Assembly (NCBI GenBank): GCA_015680685.1 | Contig: MNCI01001594.1 | Coordinates: 311,359 to 375,358, forward strand | Direction: 5' to 3' | Length of the DNA stretch: 64,000 nt | From: Gnetum montanum | Lineage: Eukaryota > Plantae > Gnetophyta | Shown: positions 59,400-64,000 of the stretch, piece by piece | Position numbering within the stretch: the first letter of the stretch is position 1 | Layout: every line of letters starts with the position of its first letter | Translations under genes and position numbers: made by a program | Notes under the pieces: model-generated | The model's database searches: none | Told to the model about the DNA's origin: nothing | The model's input: the letters and a program-made list of their open reading frames with translations, nothing else

Positions 59400-61400
59400 A
59401 GTGTAATCTTAAGTGCATTGACAGTCATTTGAAAGATAACTTAAGAGGTAAAGGTGCTTATGTGCACTTACCTCATGAGCCATCCTCTATCTTTGAACTT
59501 ATAATTACCATTAATTGATTGATTGATTTATGTAATAATTACTTTCACTTACTACTTTGAACTTTGATTCTATTTGCATTTTATTATTGCATAATTTTGG
59601 TATATCGTAATCTATTGTCAAATTTAAATAAATTATCAAGATCAGAAATTGAAAACACAATCATTGTAGCCACAATTAAGATCAGAATAATAAATTCAAA
59701 ACAAAATTGAAAACATGTTACAAAAAAAGTTTTAGAATGATGACAACATCAAGCACAAATACCCAAAAAAAAGCTTCATTTTTACTAGCAAAATATTAGA
59801 CATAATAAATACGATGAAATAAAATATCTACATGCAACAATTCCAATATCCATGAAATCACTAATAAGCATAGTTAGTATGGAATCACATAATCTTTAAG
59901 TTGAAACTTAAAGATGGAATAATGATTAGCATGAAGATAGAATATGTTGACTATGTTTATTGTAAGTGGTAAAGATGACCAACATGCATTATTAGGATAT
60001 TATGGAATAAATATCTTCAAAAGAAAAAAGGAAATCTTCAAGCTACTAATGTTAGTTCTCATGAATTATATAGAAGACATGTTCAAGTTACATGAATATT
60101 GGACACATATATTATGCTCAAAATTTATTGCTACTAATATATTTTGCACAAGTTCATTTGTTTGATAAATCCTTTAAGTCTATACAAACAATAAAAATTT
60201 CAATTTTAGTGATAACTTGTTATATTATTTAGTATAACACAAAGGACTATCATCTCATTAAATTGATTGAGTATTGATATCTTGGGTTTATCATCTAACA
60301 ATCATGTACCTATTCTTGTGAGTAAATAATAAGGTAGGCAAGTTATGAAATTTTGTTTCTTCAATCTTATTTGGGATGTTGTAAGAATCACTTTTATTTT
60401 GACATCCACTATGCATTTAAGGAGGAAACAATTTTAGTAAATATTATTAATTTAATGTTATTTCCTTTAATTTATTTCATAAACTTTAAACATAAATAAC
60501 TTTATTTCTAAAAGTTTAATTAAGGTGAAACATGTGTTAATGGAATCATCTTTCCCATGTTCTTTCCAATTATGTAATTCATTTTATTCTTTGGCATCTA
60601 TGTTTTTGTTGTTGCATTAATTTTCATTTTTTAATTATTTATGCTAGTAGTAAGGAATTTTTTTACACCATGTTGTTCTATTTTTTTTATGATGCTAATC
60701 AATAATTTTTATTCATTAAATAATTAATTTTTGATTTAGGTAAATCACTATTAAATCCATATCTTTAGGGTTTCATAACACTTATGTTAGTTAATTATAA
60801 GATTTTATAAATAATTAATAAGGATGTTATAGGAGAGATCATTTAAAATAGGGTATTGAAAATATTTATGTAATAATAAATTTAGAACAAGCTTTAAAAT
60901 GGGTTAAATAGAAAGTTCTAGAAAATAGGAAATAAAGCACAAAGACAAAAAAAAAAAAAAAGACTTTAATTTTATTAGCAAAGTATTAAAGGTAATAGAC
61001 ATAATGAACTAGAATATCTACATTTAGTTGTTCCAATATGCATAAAAACACTAATTACCAGAGTAAGAATGGAATCATATTGCTTTCGAATTAAACTTGG
61101 AAGATGGAATAATATGCAACATGAATATATATATTATATGTGGATTGTATTTATTATAGGTAGGAGAAGTTGAACAACATGTATTATTAGGATATTGAAG
61201 AACAATTTTTCTTTTAAAAAATATCAAATATTTAGTCAATCTTTGTATGAGCTATTCAAGTTATTTGCATTGGTTCTAGAGAATTATATAGAAAAAGTAT
61301 TCAAGTTACATAATTATTGATTACATCAATTATACTTAAGATTTATTGCTAGTGATATATTTTTAATAAGCTACTTTGTTTGAGAAATCATTTAGGTTTA
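59400..61400 (+). mobile_element. Two successive decayed L2/Crack-like LINE 3' portions (~59400-60190, ~60400-61400)
   Basis: Each contains a TGGAATCA...AAAC..GATGGAATAAT...AACA(A)CATG..TTATTAGGATAT block that is also related to 2250-2420. Confidence 0.55.
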
Positions 61401-61692
61401 TATAGACATAATTCAAATATAAATTCAATTATAGTTTTAATAAGCAATAACTTATATATATCATTAAGAAGAATAAAATCTTGCATCTTATTTGCAATGA
61501 TATCATTAAAAGGAGGCATTACCAATTTCTATTTGCAAACATTTAAATATCTTTTGAAAGAGGCATCACTACATGAAAGAAGTATTGCCATTAATATTTG
61601 AGAGTAATGATAAAGGTAAATTAAAATTGTTAAGTAAACATAACCATGAATTTACTTTGCAAATCTTCTCTAATCACTTCACAAAAAATAGT

Positions 61693-62008
61693 TGATGAGT
61701 TATCATTTCGTTGGCTGCAATATCGCATACTTGATATTGTGTACGCGATATCGCAGCCCAGCCGCGATACCGCAGCCCAGCCGCGATACCGCAGCCTAGC
61801 CGCGATACTGCAGCTTGTCTCCTCATCTATAAATAAGAGGTAGACAGATTTGGTAGGCAATTTTTGGAGAGTTAGTACTTAGTTTTAGATTTTCTTTTAA
61901 AGTAGTTCTTCTCTCAAACCTTCTCTCCCAGTGCATGCCCGCAGTGTGGTGATTATAATTGTACGGCATCCTTATTCGAGTGTGACGTACTTGGACACGC
62001 ACATGACC
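61693..62008 (+). mobile_element. 5' part of a young LTR of the TGATGAG family, running into the gap
   Basis: Inverted homologue of 38091-38372; 19-bp tandem GCAGCCCAGCCGCGATACC x3; CTATAAATA near 61827. Confidence 0.88.
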
Positions 62009-62146
62009 NNNNNNNNNNNNNNNNNNNNNNNNNNNNNNNNNNNNNNNNNNNNNNNNNNNNNNNNNNNNNNNNNNNNNNNNNNNNNNNNNNNNNNNNNNNN
62101 NNNNNNNNNNNNNNNNNNNNNNNNNNNNNNNNNNNNNNNNNNNNNN
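62009..62146. other. Assembly gap (138 N)
   Basis: Run of N. Confidence 1.
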
Positions 62147-62559
62147 GCAGGCTAGTAAGGTTAAATTGGTTAAAAGTTCTTGGAGAAGTGGCTAAAATTT
62201 GGGTTTGAGAGGAAAAAGAATAAGTAGCATTTTTTTTCTACTTTATAAAAAATGTGTTCCTATACATAGTGGGATTATGGAAGAAGCCCAATTTACCATT
62301 TATATGATATAAAGATATAACAAATCAGAGGGCATCTTAAGTAAAATTTGTGTTGTATCCATTTTATTCCAGAAAGCAACCTCTGCAGCAACACAAATTC
62401 AGCAGGACAATTCATATTTTGATGGAAAGGGTTCCAGAGTCTTTGTTCCACCTTACTTTCGGATTATAAATTTATCATTTAAATTTTTAAAGGTAACATA
62501 AACTATTCCTGTTTCCAAAAATCAAAATTCATCGCGTTCCAGAAAATCAAAATTCCCAG

Positions 62560-63240
62560 AGAACCGCGAGCTCGAGATCTGTTCCCAGTGCTGAGCCCTC
62601 TGATTATGATCTGCACCGGATGAAAGTTCATACTGTTGCTAAGCGCCATGCCATGTAATTTAGAGAAGCAGTTTTCAAAAAAAAGAAAGAAAGAGAGAAG
62701 CAGACATCAACATTTCATTTTTTTTTGGGACCATAAGCAGGTTGGCCGCCGCCTCTGCAAACAGAAATACAAAAACCTCCACGCGAGTAGGGTAACCAAA
62801 CCCTACTGATTTCTACACCGCGCGAGTGAATACCAGGGCCTTGCTCCACTGCGCGTCGATGGCCGCGTTGGTGGAGGACAGATGGCATGCGATGGGCGAA
62901 ACAAGACAGTGGCCGCGGCAGGCGGATGAACGGCGGCAGCAGAAGAAGAAAGGTAGTGGTCTCTATCGCGCGCGGGGCCATGGCCTCGGCCATGTCTAGA
63001 TTTGGCCGAGGGTTGCTGCGAGCGACTTGAGGGAGATGAGGGCTGCGACGACGGTAGCGGCACCAACACAACACGCGGTCGCAGCGGAGAACAAGGAAGA
63101 CAGTTGCGAAATCTTCAGTTTCGGGTTCCGCCTCCAACCTTGCCAAATAGGCCTGGGTTTTCTCAAAGAATGCATTTCAAAATTTTTCCAGGAGGTTAAA
63201 AAATGGCAATCATAAGTTTACTCGCCCTGGAACCTGCAAT
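62560..63240 (-). promoter_or_regulatory. CpG island: promoter/first exon of an unseen gene, or GC-rich end of a DNA transposon
   Basis: Dense CpG; AAACCCTA telo-box near 62798; GAA-rich tract; the ORFs here have no recognisable domain. Confidence 0.4.
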
Positions 63241-63603
63241 CCGAAAATAGTAGCCATGTCCGATGCTGATGCCTCCGATGTCACATACCAGTCCACGAAA
63301 TAAGGCAGTAGAGACACAAAGGCACAACAAGACAGGTGTCAGGAGATATTTTGGGCCGATGCTGGTAAACCGGAGTTGCAGTTCATCAAATAAAAGTTTT
63401 AAATAATCACAAATTAACCAACATATATATACATATATATATAGATAGATATATACCCATAGTGTGAAGTACTCATGGTGTAAAGCCTTGGTTTAGAAAT
63501 TTGCCTTTAATTACCCCAAGTCATAGACATTATTTTAAAACATTATTATATATAAGTTACTACTCATAAAATTTTTGCAATATTGATATTTAAAATATTT
63601 ATT

Positions 63604-64000
63604 TGTAATATCACCGTACCTTTAATATAAATACTAATCACATTTAATATAAATATTGAAGTTAGCATAAAATTCTCCTAATTTCATGTATAACTTCCTA
63701 ACTCCCTAACTACATAACTTCCTCCTAACTTGTTGGGCAAATAATCTTCCAATTGGTTGGCTAAGTTACTTGGGAGAGAAGTTAGGTGAGATATTTTGAA
63801 TATGTAACTTCCCTACCTACCTTGGAACCCTATAAAAAGGCTTCAAGGGTAAAGGGGGAGAAAAAGAAGGAGACATATCATCATCACATTGGGGTCTCAT
63901 ACATCACACTTTTGAGAAGACATTGGGATCACTTGGGCTCTCACTTGGAGACACTTTGAGTCTTGAGAAGAGCTTTGTAAAGAAGAAATTGTGAACGATT
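63604..64000 (+). mobile_element. Start of another LTR (continues beyond the window)
   Basis: TGTAATATCACCG start, TAACTTCC repeats, CCCTATAAAAAGG TATA followed by a purine-rich tract. Confidence 0.6.

Noticed and set aside
62715-63146. 143-aa minus ORF as a protein-coding gene
   Set aside because: Arg/Pro-rich translation typical of a CpG island; no domain and no supported downstream exon

Overview
AT-rich, repeat-dense land-plant nuclear DNA with no prokaryotic features and no CRISPR. One intact host gene spans most of the window: a + strand OTU9-like deubiquitinase with 10 coding exons (19422-51142, 1029 nt, 342 aa). It has an intact GDGNC...HYNS catalytic core and one GC-AG intron. A probable CpG-rich promoter and upstream exon lie at about 8.6-9.3 kb, followed by a ~10 kb first intron. 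The large introns and flanks are filled with decayed transposable elements. These include a three-level nest (solo LTR > inverted solo LTR > non-autonomous hAT), an L1 LINE with a twin-priming-type inversion at the YADD motif plus a cryptic coiled-coil 3' frame, and a Ty1/copia element interrupted by an antisense Ty3/gypsy-type element carrying a 400-codon extra ORF. Also present are L2/Crack-like LINEs and at least three tRNA-derived SINE families. The least explained items are a ~370-nt multi-hairpin element just downstream of the gene and an upstream micro-ORF whose donor choice could give the deubiquitinase a Cys-rich/polybasic N-terminus. There is an assembly gap at 62009-62146. All coordinates were read by eye and no searches were run.
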